Positions 19,628-29,304 of a DNA stretch of 64,000 nt are shown here, one piece after another. The notes under the pieces are model-generated. The model did no database searches. It was not told the origin of the DNA and saw nothing but the letters and a program-made list of their open reading frames with translations. Each line of letters starts with the position of its first letter. Positions within the stretch are counted from its first letter, which is position 1. The DNA is from Deltaproteobacteria bacterium. Lineage in GTDB: Bacteria > Desulfobacterota > Desulfobacteria > Desulfobacterales > QNYZ01. Where the stretch lies: contig QNYZ01000094.1 of the NCBI GenBank assembly GCA_003973265.1, forward strand, positions 1,804 to 65,803. The letters run 5' to 3'. A program made the translations under genes and the position numbers.

Positions 19628-19643
19628 TCCGGACACGTTTGAG

Positions 19644-20519
19644 TCATTTAAAAAAATCGGTAAAGTGATACCACTGGTTCGGATGGCACCGTGCCATGTC
19701 TGCCAGAAGATCTGCGTAGGTCTGGGCGGCCCGGATGATGGCACTATTGCGGCGGGTGCGGTCTTTGGCTTCCACGTTGATGGGCGGGGCGCAGTAGAGA
19801 TGGTAGTGTTCCGGGCCGGTGCGGAGGGAGAAAAAGACGTAAATCGGTTTATGTGACATGAGCGCGAGGATATAGGGGGCCGCTGGCAGTTGAATATCGT
19901 GGCCGAGAAAATCAACGCTCACGGTGCGTTGACCGGGATGCCAGACCCGGTCACCGGTTAAAGAGACGAACTCGCCGGCTTTAAGACGATTGACGCCCTC
20001 GACAATGACAAAGGGTGATGACTGTTTTTCATCTACAGCAATGATGGTGATACCGGTTTCCTGCAGGGCGTCTTTCTGGCGTTTTTCAACCTGTTCCCGG
20101 TGTTTGCGCCCCATGAACAGCAGAATTTTCGCGCCCTCGATTTTTTTCTGCAGAAAATGGGCGGCCATCTCCCAGTTGCCCAGGTGAGACATCAGGATAA
20201 TCCCCCCGGTTTTATTTTCGGCCGCCTTTTGAAGGTAGTTCCATCCCGTGGACGTGTAGGTGATCTGGTCCATATCCAGGTGGCGGTAGCGGTCAAAAAA
20301 TACGGTGGTGAACTGCTGGTACTGGCGAAATGCGGCCCCCAGCGCAGCGACGCGATTTTTTTGGGGAAAGAGCGCCCGGTAGAAGCGGACGCTGCCGGCC
20401 ACCCGTTTGGGGAAAAAGAGAAAATATCCCGTGGCGATAAACCAGCAGAACACCCGAAGCACCCAGGGGCCGCCCCACCGGGTCAGTCGAATGATGGTAT
20501 CGTAAAGCGGGGTGTTCAT
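19644..20519 (-). CDS. Lysophospholipid / lipid A-type acyltransferase (LPLAT, LpxL/HtrB-like; ApeD-like)
   Basis: The ORF track extends to 20720, but the Met at 20519 (MNTPLYDTIIRL...) forms an ATGA overlap with the MMPL stop at 20516-20519. N-terminal TM segment, then an MSHLGNWE motif (HX4D/E-type acyltransferase box). Confidence 0.75.
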   Translation of the reverse strand: MNTPLYDTIIRLTRWGGPWVLRVFCWFIATGYFLFFPKRVAGSVRFYRALFPQKNRVAALGAAFRQYQQFTTVFFDRYRHLDMDQITYTSTGWNYLQKAAENKTGGIILMSHLGNWEMAAHFLQKKIEGAKILLFMGRKHREQVEKRQKDALQETGITIIAVDEKQSSPFVIVEGVNRLKAGEFVSLTGDRVWHPGQRTVSVDFLGHDIQLPAAPYILALMSHKPIYVFFSLRTGPEHYHLYCAPPINVEAKDRTRRNSAIIRAAQTYADLLADMARCHPNQWYHFTDFFK

Positions 20520-23038
20520 CTGGACCTGTCTTTCCGGTGGAAAGTTTTTCTCAACAGCGGCGGTAAAATAGCAAATGTACCCAGCAGCGTATACCCGATC
20601 CCCAGCGAAGTGGCGATGCCAGCGCTTTGCAGCATGCGGTGGTCGGCAAAACACATGGCGCCGAATCCCATCAGGGTGGATGAAGCGGCCAGAAGGATCG
20701 TGAGGCGGACGATCTGGCATTCGGGGCCGGCTTCATCTTTGTAGCGCTGATAGGCGCAAACCATGTATAGGGCATAGTCGATACCCATACCGATGATGAC
20801 GATGGACAGCATCAGGCCGGGGATATCCAGGGCACGACCCATCAGTTTCAATGTTCCCAGGGTACAGATGAAGGAAAAGACCAGGGGCGACAGGGCGATG
20901 GCCATCAGTTTGAGACTGCGGAAAAAGATGAGCAGCAGTAGAACCGCACCGGTGCCGAGGATCAATATCATCCGGACAAAGGTTGATGAAATCAGGCGGC
21001 CGAGGCGGTGGGCGAAAAAAACCGGATCAAAGAGTTTTACTGACTGCAGTTGAACAGTATCCGGTTTTGATCTGTCCGGCTTTGTAAAATCAGCGGTGGA
21101 AAAAGAACGGTGAAACGCTTCGGGGTTGTAGGCAGGGCCTTTTTCAAGGGTCGCCGCCAACATCCATCCCCGCTGGTTCCGGGGAGGCGAGATCCCGGCA
21201 ATCTGGAAAAAATGGTCGGGCAGCGGGGGCGTTTCCGCCCGGGTGGTATCGATCAGGGTAAACAGGTGGGAAAAGAGGGCGTCATTAAACCCGGTTTCCC
21301 CGGCGGCCGTCCGGGCGGCCTGTTTAAAGGCGGCGGTTCTTTCGGGATTCCAGAATTTTCGCCAATTGGCAAACCGGGCGCGGGCCTGTTTTTCTCCCGG
21401 AAAAAGGGCCGAGATGGCCATGGCCGATCGGATCTTTTCTCTTTCAATCATCGGGACCAGTGCTTCGGTCAGTTGATCGGCCCGGTCGCGGAGTGACGAC
21501 AAATCCCCCGCCTCCAGAGTGAGAAAAATACGGCCCGAAAAGTCGCCCCAGGTCTCGGTGATCTTTTTTTCCGCATCCCGGGTGGCCCGGGAAACCGAAT
21601 TGAGGTCACGAAGGTTGATGTCAAAGCGGGGCGTGGCGAATCCGACCAGGGCCGCGCACAGGATCAGGGCGACAATCCATCCGGTTTTCCCCCGGTTCAG
21701 CACCAGGTAATCCCCCAGGGCCCTGAGCGGCAGGCCGCGCGGGCGGGTGACCGGCGGAATGCGTTTAAATACCGCTGGAAAAACTGTGTGGACAAAGACA
21801 AACGAAAATCCCATACCCATGGCGGCGAACAGGCCGATTTCGGAAAGCAGGGGAAATCCGGAAAACACCAGAGAAAGGAAGGCACCGACCGTTGTCATGG
21901 ACGCCAGCAGCCCCACGGCCCAGACTTCCCGGGCCGCCTGCCGCCCAGTGGACGGAATCGGCCGGTCAAGAAAGAGGAGATAGGCGATCCCGTGATCCAC
22001 GGTGATGGAGATAATGGCACCGCCAAACCCGACGCTGAGTAGAGAGATGGTTCGGAAAAAAAGAGAGTAGGTGAACAGCGCCGCCATGGTGCCGAACACC
22101 GCCGGCAACAGGGCCAGCAGACCCAGATATGGCCGGGGAAAGGCAAAGAGAAGTAAGATGATGATTCCCGCCGTAGCCATGATGATGGCGCGTCTCGTAT
22201 CCGCTTTGGCCAGGCGTTCGTTGTCCAGGGCTGCCCGCCACGCGCCGACGGATGTCAGTACAACGCAGTGCGTGCCGTTTAAGCAGGTCTTATTTACCTC
22301 CCGGGAGATGCGGTGGACCAGCGCGTCGGCGTTTCGGGCAAACCGTGTATCCGTCCCCGAACCTTTGGGGACGGCCGTAATCAGCAGATGGTCCCCCGTG
22401 GCTGTCATCAAAAATCCGTCGCGAAAGCGGGCTTTTTTCCCGGGCATCAGACCGGAAAGTTTGGCCAGAACGATATTTCGGAATTCCAGTGGATCCCTGG
22501 CCATCCAGTTGGCCTGGCCCAGCCCCTCCATCTGCTGCAGTTCGTGCAGGTTGGCAGCCAGCCGGCTCCTGATGCTGCCGGGTGTGATCAGCGGTGCCAG
22601 GTGCCGGCTCAGATCGTCTTCGGTCAGCAGCATGGGAAGGTAGTCGGTGATATGTGTCATCAGCAGGGGAAATTCCTGGCGCATGTCGGCCAGCCCCACC
22701 TGTTGAAACAGGCCGGAATCTTCCAGCGCCTGTTCAACCTGATGGCCATATGTGACCAGACGGTTCGGATCGGCAGCGGGCAGGGATAGATCGATGACGA
22801 ACATATCCTGGGCCGGATGTGCGTCGATGACATCCCTGGCCGCTGAGATGACCGGATCGCTGGTCGGGATTGCGCTGATGATATCGGTGTTGAATGTGAG
22901 CCGATAAACGGCCGTGACGGAAAAAAGAACGGAGGCGATGACCGCCGTCAGAATCACCCCCCAGCCGATCCGGTATTTTGTGTCCACGTAATCCGCAGAC
23001 TTTAAATCCGGAGAAAGATTCTGCCGGGCGGGGGTCAT
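20516..23038 (-). CDS. MMPL/RND-type lipid exporter (ApeM-like)
   Basis: The ORF track extends to 23215, but the Met at 23038 (MTPARQNL...) forms an ATGA overlap with the GT2 stop. About 840 aa with two bundles of TM helices separated by large soluble loops, as in MMPL predicted exporters of aryl polyene clusters. Confidence 0.8.
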   Translation of the reverse strand: MTPARQNLSPDLKSADYVDTKYRIGWGVILTAVIASVLFSVTAVYRLTFNTDIISAIPTSDPVISAARDVIDAHPAQDMFVIDLSLPAADPNRLVTYGHQVEQALEDSGLFQQVGLADMRQEFPLLMTHITDYLPMLLTEDDLSRHLAPLITPGSIRSRLAANLHELQQMEGLGQANWMARDPLEFRNIVLAKLSGLMPGKKARFRDGFLMTATGDHLLITAVPKGSGTDTRFARNADALVHRISREVNKTCLNGTHCVVLTSVGAWRAALDNERLAKADTRRAIIMATAGIIILLLFAFPRPYLGLLALLPAVFGTMAALFTYSLFFRTISLLSVGFGGAIISITVDHGIAYLLFLDRPIPSTGRQAAREVWAVGLLASMTTVGAFLSLVFSGFPLLSEIGLFAAMGMGFSFVFVHTVFPAVFKRIPPVTRPRGLPLRALGDYLVLNRGKTGWIVALILCAALVGFATPRFDINLRDLNSVSRATRDAEKKITETWGDFSGRIFLTLEAGDLSSLRDRADQLTEALVPMIEREKIRSAMAISALFPGEKQARARFANWRKFWNPERTAAFKQAARTAAGETGFNDALFSHLFTLIDTTRAETPPLPDHFFQIAGISPPRNQRGWMLAATLEKGPAYNPEAFHRSFSTADFTKPDRSKPDTVQLQSVKLFDPVFFAHRLGRLISSTFVRMILILGTGAVLLLLIFFRSLKLMAIALSPLVFSFICTLGTLKLMGRALDIPGLMLSIVIIGMGIDYALYMVCAYQRYKDEAGPECQIVRLTILLAASSTLMGFGAMCFADHRMLQSAGIATSLGIGYTLLGTFAILPPLLRKTFHRKDRSR

Positions 23039-23784
23039 GGGGCGCTCCGCCGGCGTCGAAAGTTGGGCTGGAAAAGGATCCGCTGAAAAATAAGCCGGGA
23101 AAAGACGACCGTGTTGCGCATAAAATCGACAAAGGGCCGGAAATGAGACACGCGGGCGACTCCGGGCTGATAATGGACCGACACCGGCGCTTCCAGCACG
23201 GGGATCCCGCGCCATCGGGCTTTAACCAGGCTTTCCACTTCGTATTGAAAGCGTCGGGCACGGATATCCAGGTCAAGGGCTTCGGGCAGCGGGTACAGCC
23301 GGAAGCCGCTCTGGGTATCTGATACGCCCGGGCCGCCGGCGAGGCGGACCCAGAAATTGGAAAATTTGCGGCCGTATCGACCGGTCCAGGGGATTTTTCT
23401 GCTGTTCATTCCCAATCGTTTCCCAACGACAATCGGGCGGCTGCCGGGGGGGATGGCACGAACCAGGGAATGGTAATCAGACGGGTGGTGCTGGCCGTCG
23501 GCATCCACGGTAACGGCCCATGCGGATTTCTTTACGGCCACCCGGAACCCGGTTGTCAGCGCCGCGCCCTTACCCCAGTTCTTCACGTGGCGGATAAAGG
23601 TAATATCGATCAGCCTTCTGTCTTTTCTTGGATCAACACGGGCCATTTCGTCGGTGGAACCGTCATCGACCACGATCACGGGAAAGCCCGTTTTTCTGGC
23701 CTTGTCAATGACATCCCAGACCGTGGTATAATGGTTGTAGACCGGGATAACGAAACTGAACCGGTTCGGCAGGGGCAGCGTCAT
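23035..23784 (-). CDS. Family 2 glycosyltransferase (ApeJ-like)
   Basis: 249-aa ORF. FSFVIPVYNH...VIVVDDGSTDE is the GT-A/GT2 signature, with a DADGQH (DxD-type) motif. ATGA overlaps at both ends. Confidence 0.85.
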   Translation of the reverse strand: MTLPLPNRFSFVIPVYNHYTTVWDVIDKARKTGFPVIVVDDGSTDEMARVDPRKDRRLIDITFIRHVKNWGKGAALTTGFRVAVKKSAWAVTVDADGQHHPSDYHSLVRAIPPGSRPIVVGKRLGMNSRKIPWTGRYGRKFSNFWVRLAGGPGVSDTQSGFRLYPLPEALDLDIRARRFQYEVESLVKARWRGIPVLEAPVSVHYQPGVARVSHFRPFVDFMRNTVVFSRLIFQRILFQPNFRRRRSAP

Positions 23785-25541
23785 CGGTCCGCCTGTTCGC
23801 TTAATTCCGGCGCAGTAATAAACGCCAACGCCCAGGTTCCCGGCCCCATGTGGGTACCCGATGTCAGGGATAGCGGCTGAAGCATTATTTCCGCATCGGC
23901 AAACTGCCGGGCTATTTCGGGCAAAACAGTTGATTCGATCCAGTTCCGATTATCGGAATACTCCAGCATGATCGTTAAGGGCGCGCGCGCTGTTGATTCA
24001 GGTGATGCGGTTTTCAGTTGATCGAGGGCAAAGGCCAGCTGGGCCGGGCGGTTTTTCACCACGGCGACTTTCTCGGCGCCCGTGGCCACGGGCCGGATCA
24101 CCGGTTTGAAATGAAGGGCATCGCCGAAAAAGGCACTGGCTTTCGACAATCGTCCCCCGGCCGCCAGGTATTTCAATCGGTCGAGAAACACGTATTCATC
24201 ACATCGGTCAATGGCACGGATGGCAAACTGGATGACCGCACCCGGATCTTTGGTACGGGCGGCAAACCGGGCCACGGTCAGGGAAATCAGCCCCAGACGG
24301 CCGGAAGCGGTCCCCGTATCGATGACAATGAGGCGGCCGTCGGGATCATGCCGGGTCTTCCAGTCCATCACCGCCTGGTAATTGCCCGTGTAGACCGACC
24401 CGACGCAGAGGTAGAGCACACGCCCATAGCGCGCCATGACATTTTGATAGCAGGCGTGCCGCTCGTAATCGGATGCCTGGGATGTGGATGCCGGTTTTCC
24501 GTCGCCAAGGGCCGCATACAGTTTTTGAGGTGGGATCCGTGTTTCCGGCAGGGATTGACCGTTAAAGTTGATATAGCTGTCGAGCAGGGTTATTCCCAGG
24601 CGGCGGGCATCGGAGCGCGTCACCGATCCGGCGGCGTCTGTCATGATGTGGATCGCCGGGGTGGCAGGGCCGGTTTTAAAATCAGCCATCTGGCGGGTTA
24701 TGTTGTCGTCATTCCAGGCGATGACTTCTCCGATGGACGCGGCGGTCTGGCGCCATTTTTCCGGGTCGCGGGTATGCAGGTGGATTTTGGCGTACCCGTC
24801 TTTTGTGACAACCACGGTGCTGTCACCGGCCGATCGGAGTGTTTCCTCCCACTTTAAACCCGAATGCCCCAGCCGGACAACGGTATCCACGCACCAGGTA
24901 TCCTCCGGGGCATCCGAGAAAGAACCGTTCACCTTCAAGAGGCCTTTGAACCGTACAAAAGGAGAGGGTATCGGAACGGCAGGATCGGTCAGGGGGCTGA
25001 AAAATCCTTCAAAAAAAAGATAGATCCCCAGCGCTCCGGCATCCACCACACCGGCCTGTTTCAGCTTTTCCAGGTGATCGGGTGTGTGGCGAACCGTGCG
25101 GGCCAGCGCATCGAGAATCCGCTTTACATCGAGCGGGGATGGCGTTGTCGTCAGCGGTGCCAATGTGGCCGACAAGGTGTCGAATACAGACAGCATGGTA
25201 CCGGGCATGGGGGCATGAACTGCCTGCCGGGCATCGACGGCGGCCTTTTTAACCGTACCGGGCAGCAACATCCAGGTGTCGGCCGCGAGCAGCCCGGATA
25301 GAAACCGGACGGCAATATTGCCCGAATTGCCCCGTGCCGCAAACATCAGCTGGCGCGCCGCTTCCGTGGGGTTTCGTGGGAGCTGTCGCAGCGGCGACAG
25401 ACTTAAAACAAGGTTCCGGCCGGTATCCCCGTCGGCAACGGGATATACGTTGATGTCGTCGAGCAGATCGGCCCACCCGGTCAGGCGTTCCAGCCCGGAG
25501 ATAAAATGATGATGGAAATAGTGATGCCAGTCCGGACTCAT
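23781..25541 (-). CDS. Dak2 domain / DegV domain fusion protein (fatty-acid-kinase-like, FakA N-domain plus FakB-like lipid binder)
   Basis: 586-aa ORF. N-terminal VADGDTGRNL is the Dak2 phosphate-binding motif. The C-terminal half has DegV-like layout, starting IHIMTDAAGSVTRSDARRLGITLLDSYINFNGQS. Confidence 0.75.
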   Translation of the reverse strand: MSPDWHHYFHHHFISGLERLTGWADLLDDINVYPVADGDTGRNLVLSLSPLRQLPRNPTEAARQLMFAARGNSGNIAVRFLSGLLAADTWMLLPGTVKKAAVDARQAVHAPMPGTMLSVFDTLSATLAPLTTTPSPLDVKRILDALARTVRHTPDHLEKLKQAGVVDAGALGIYLFFEGFFSPLTDPAVPIPSPFVRFKGLLKVNGSFSDAPEDTWCVDTVVRLGHSGLKWEETLRSAGDSTVVVTKDGYAKIHLHTRDPEKWRQTAASIGEVIAWNDDNITRQMADFKTGPATPAIHIMTDAAGSVTRSDARRLGITLLDSYINFNGQSLPETRIPPQKLYAALGDGKPASTSQASDYERHACYQNVMARYGRVLYLCVGSVYTGNYQAVMDWKTRHDPDGRLIVIDTGTASGRLGLISLTVARFAARTKDPGAVIQFAIRAIDRCDEYVFLDRLKYLAAGGRLSKASAFFGDALHFKPVIRPVATGAEKVAVVKNRPAQLAFALDQLKTASPESTARAPLTIMLEYSDNRNWIESTVLPEIARQFADAEIMLQPLSLTSGTHMGPGTWALAFITAPELSEQADR

Positions 25542-26008
25542 ACGGTACCGTCCAGGGCATGACGAATGTATTCAGGAATTTCCAGCAGCAGCTCTTTTTC
25601 CGGCATTTGTACGGCCACCTGTTCCCCCCTGGCCGTGGCGCACAAAATGTTATCCGCAATCCGTCTGATTTCAAAATCAATAACGATTTTAATGTGGGCT
25701 TCAATCAGCGATGCCGTGCAGGTAAACTCGTCGCCATATGAGAGTGAGGCGATGTGCTTGCAGTTTGTTCGCGTGATGGGAAGCAAAAGACCGGTTTTTT
25801 TGTACAGACCATACAATTCGATACCAGACTGATGAAAGAGTTCAAAGCGTGCCAGATCAAAGTATTTATAATAGTTCCCATGCCAGACCACCTGCATGGG
25901 GTCCAGATCGTGAAAGGGTACCTGCAGGGTAATCCGACAGGTTTGAATCGGTTGTTTTTTTGCCATGATGCATGATCCCATATTCATTTCCTGTCCGGAT
26001 GGATTCAT
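25538..26008 (-). CDS. 4HBT/YbgC-type hotdog acyl thioesterase
   Basis: 156-aa ORF. ITLQVPFHDLDPMQVVWHGNYYKYFDLAR matches the 4HBT-class catalytic Asp context. It is the first gene of the ATGA-linked operon. Confidence 0.75.
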   Translation of the reverse strand: MNPSGQEMNMGSCIMAKKQPIQTCRITLQVPFHDLDPMQVVWHGNYYKYFDLARFELFHQSGIELYGLYKKTGLLLPITRTNCKHIASLSYGDEFTCTASLIEAHIKIVIDFEIRRIADNILCATARGEQVAVQMPEKELLLEIPEYIRHALDGTV

Positions 26009-26354
26009 AGCCTGATTTAGTGTTTAATTGCAACCGGTGCGTACCCGGGCCGGAGAGAAAGCGCCGTCACTGCACTTGATATGGCCCCGACCTTATTCCT
26101 CCCGGTTTCCCTGGCACGGTCTTACATTTACAGCCAGAGATTCCTTGACGCAATGGCCGTTTTTTATTACACTTGAGTAGATCACGGCCAGACAGCATGC
26201 TGTCTAAACCCCCTTTCTTTTGTACCCGGAAACGGTTACGCAGACCGCCATGCCGGCCAGCCGGTCGGAGCATGCCGGAATGGGCGTTGAATAATCACAT
26301 GGTAACCGGAAATCAGAGGCAGAACAATACATATATGACTACTCAGGAGTGACC

Positions 26355-27059
26355 ATGGTGGATGAAACAGGAACAGCAACCGGTTATTTTTTCAATGCCC
26401 TTTATCAGGCGTACGTCCATCGCAAAACAGGCGTGCTGACAGCAACCAATCAAAAAGAAACCGTGGCCATTTTTATTAAAGAAGGGGTGCTCATCCATGC
26501 CACTGGTTTTCAGGAAAAAATCCTTTTGGGGTATCTGCTGCAAAACAAGGGGCTCATTTCGGAAAAGCAGCTGGCAGAATGCCTGGAACAGTCGATCGCA
26601 GAGAATCAGTCGCTGGGAAAAACCCTGGTGTTAAATGGGTATATCACCATTGATATCCTGACCGCCATGATTCGTAAACAGGCGGTACTCACTGTGGCCG
26701 CTCTGCTGATCTGGCCGGATATCAGATTCGAATTCAGGGAAATGCCTTCCAGCGAGGATGCTATTATACCGGTCCGTATCGACATCCTCGGCACCATCTA
26801 TGAAGCAGTTCGTCGGGTTGAAAAAATATCAATTATTAAAAGATACCTTTGGGACCCGGCCTTCGTATTTGGAAAAGTACCTGTGTCCAATCCGGATGCG
26901 ATCAGGCTGACAGCAGAAGAAGCTGCTGTTTTGGAGCAGGTCAATGGAAACCGGACAATCGCCCGGATTGTTGAAAAGGGTATAATAGGTGAAAATGATG
27001 CTTACCGCTGCCTGATGATCCTGTTTTCCATCGGGAGAATTGAGCTGCTCAATGCCTGA
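26355..27059 (+). CDS. DUF4388 (PatA-N-like) domain protein
   Basis: The ORF track starts at a GTG at 26349. The ATG at 26355 lies 5 nt after AGGAG. The pattern FNALYQAYVHRKTGVLT...IFIKEGVLIHA...LLGYLLQNKGLISEKQL is typical of DUF4388, and a second similar repeat follows. Confidence 0.6.
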   Translation: MVDETGTATGYFFNALYQAYVHRKTGVLTATNQKETVAIFIKEGVLIHATGFQEKILLGYLLQNKGLISEKQLAECLEQSIAENQSLGKTLVLNGYITIDILTAMIRKQAVLTVAALLIWPDIRFEFREMPSSEDAIIPVRIDILGTIYEAVRRVEKISIIKRYLWDPAFVFGKVPVSNPDAIRLTAEEAAVLEQVNGNRTIARIVEKGIIGENDAYRCLMILFSIGRIELLNA

Positions 27060-27131
27060 TGGCGCATCCCTGACCGCTCGTCACAAATACATATGCTTTC
27101 CGCCATTAATTACCGATTACCGGGTAATCGC

Positions 27132-29108
27132 TTAAAACGGTACATTATCTTCGTTGCGCTGCCAGGGGCTGATTTGATCATAATCATCAAATTCGGCCGG
27201 TTCGGAGTCCACATCGCCCGTATCGATCAGTTTTTCGGGCAGGGTTTGAAGGAAATAGACCGGCTCTCCCGACCCGTAGGTGCGCCCGGCGGAGTAGGGC
27301 ATCTGTATTGGCCCGTGGGGGCTGTACGTCCGGGTGATGATTAATTCGTCTTTGGCGCGGGTCATGGCCACATAGAGGGTTCGTCGCTCTTCCTCTTCCT
27401 GGTCCCGCACCCCCATGCTGCGAATATGCGGGTACATGCCCGGTTCCACACGGATGAGATAGCAGACCGGGGCTTCGGTCCCCTTGGCGCTGTGGGCGGT
27501 GGTCAGGGTCACAAGATCGGTTTCTTCCAGACGCCGGGATTCGGTGGTTGAAATCGGGTCGAGGGTGTACGTCTCGATAAACGCGAGCAGGCTGCGATGG
27601 CGCGCGGCCAGGCGGGCCAGCAGGTCGAAATCTTTTTTGCGAACCTTCCAGTTGTCGTACCGGTTTTCCAGGATCGGCTCCAGAAACTGCCCGGTCTGTC
27701 GGATCGTTTCGGCCGGGTTATCCCAGAACTCCTGCACCAGGTTGATCCCGTTGATAATATTCGATCTTCCCTTCAGCCTTATTTTCAAGGCATCAATGGC
27801 ATCATCCATATGGGCGTGGGCCCGCATGTCCCGGATCATTTTGGCGGCCGTCACATCCCCGATTCGGGGCCACATGGTCAGGTATCGCATCCAGGCCAGC
27901 TCGTCATGCTGGCTGGCCGATGCGCGGATCAGGCAGAGGAGATCCTTGACATGGGCCGCCTGGAGCAGGCTGACGCCACCGACAAACCGGTAGGGGATCT
28001 TTTTTTCCACCATGAACGATTCCACGGCCCGGGCGCCGTAACCGGTGCGGGTGATAATCATGTGGTCTTTCCAGGAAGCGCCGGCCTCGTGCCGCTCGAT
28101 CAGGTCGTCGGCGATCCAGCGGGCCTCGTCAAAATCACTGTCGAAATTGAGCAGGCGGGGCGTACTGACCGTCCGGCGATGGGCGTGCAATTGCTTGTTG
28201 TAGCGGATGGGCGAGTCTGCAAGCAGCCAGTTGGACAGGTCCAGTATGCCCTGGGTAGAACGGAAATTTTCTTCCAGACGCAGAACCACCGCATCGGGAA
28301 CCCGGCTGGTAAACGAATGGACGTTTCGAAAATCCGCGCCCCGGAACGCATAAATACTCTGGGCGTCATCGCCCACGCAGAACAGCTGGGCCGGATCGCG
28401 CAGCCCGTCCAGGATCAACCATTGCAGCGGGTTGGTGTCCTGCATCTCATCAACTAAGACATGGTCGTAAAATCGCCGCACCCGTTCACGAACCGATGGA
28501 TCTTCATGGAGCCGCTTGGCAAAAACGAAGAGAATATCATCGTAATCCAGGTACCCGTTTTCCCGTTTACGTTGATCAAATTTGATAGCCGCGGCACAAA
28601 TCCGCTCGACCATTTCCGGTTCGTAATCAGTATAGCGATTCAGGTATTCCGCCATGGGCTGGGTGGTGTTGCGGGCAAAAGAGCAGAGCCGGACCAGCTC
28701 CGATGCCCGGGGAAATTTTTCGCCCTTTTGGCGGAATTCAACCCGGATAAGTTTCATCAGCTGGTTCTGATCGTCGCGGTCGATGACCGTAGTCCCCTCC
28801 AGGCCGAAAAGCGTGGGCATCCGCCGCATGGTATACAGACAGAAGTGATGAAAGGTTCCCGCCATCAGTGCCACGCGGTCCCGGCCAACGATGCTTTTCA
28901 ACCGTTCCGTCATCTCCCGGGCGGCCCGCCGGGTAAAGGTCAGCATCAGTATCCGTTCCGGGTCGACCCCCTGCCGGATTAAATGGGCGGCCCGGGCAAT
29001 AATCGTCCGGGTTTTACCGGTACCGGCTCCAGCCAGTACGAGGACATGTCCCTGATCGTATGTGGCGGCCCGTTCCTGTTCCGTGTTCAGTTCAAGTAAT
29101 TCGGTCAT
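27132..29108 (-). CDS. UvrD/Rep/PcrA-family ATP-dependent DNA helicase
   Basis: 658-aa ORF. Walker A VLAGAGTGKTRT, motif II VDEMQD, and further SF1 helicase motifs (TAHSAKGTE, VAMTRAK). Confidence 0.92.
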   Translation of the reverse strand: MTELLELNTEQERAATYDQGHVLVLAGAGTGKTRTIIARAAHLIRQGVDPERILMLTFTRRAAREMTERLKSIVGRDRVALMAGTFHHFCLYTMRRMPTLFGLEGTTVIDRDDQNQLMKLIRVEFRQKGEKFPRASELVRLCSFARNTTQPMAEYLNRYTDYEPEMVERICAAAIKFDQRKRENGYLDYDDILFVFAKRLHEDPSVRERVRRFYDHVLVDEMQDTNPLQWLILDGLRDPAQLFCVGDDAQSIYAFRGADFRNVHSFTSRVPDAVVLRLEENFRSTQGILDLSNWLLADSPIRYNKQLHAHRRTVSTPRLLNFDSDFDEARWIADDLIERHEAGASWKDHMIITRTGYGARAVESFMVEKKIPYRFVGGVSLLQAAHVKDLLCLIRASASQHDELAWMRYLTMWPRIGDVTAAKMIRDMRAHAHMDDAIDALKIRLKGRSNIINGINLVQEFWDNPAETIRQTGQFLEPILENRYDNWKVRKKDFDLLARLAARHRSLLAFIETYTLDPISTTESRRLEETDLVTLTTAHSAKGTEAPVCYLIRVEPGMYPHIRSMGVRDQEEEERRTLYVAMTRAKDELIITRTYSPHGPIQMPYSAGRTYGSGEPVYFLQTLPEKLIDTGDVDSEPAEFDDYDQISPWQRNEDNVPF

Positions 29109-29304
29109 ATTTATTATTTTGTCCCTGGCCTGCCCGGAATATCAAATTTTTTGAAAGGGGCTTGCCGATGATAGGTTGTTAAACGGCTGGTGCTTTCTGG
29201 CGCAGTTTTATTCGTTCTCTATATTCATGTCAATGATGGCGTCGTGCCGGGCGAAACAAGGCGTGTATGAAAAAGCGGATTGACTAAAGTCTGCTGACGG
29301 ATGT

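Noticed and set aside
16333-19640. Integrated prophage or genomic island with att sites at tRNA-Arg
   Set aside because: I could find no integrase, transposase or phage gene, and no direct repeat of the tRNA 3-prime end. Only the compositional shift and the pseudogene remain, and these are reported as a low-interest finding.
26112-26126. Possible sigma54 promoter TGGCACGGTCTTACA
   Set aside because: The -24 element is good, but the -12 element reads TTACA instead of TTGC(A/T), so the conserved GC is missing. No enhancer-binding-protein gene is nearby. It is kept only as a remark.
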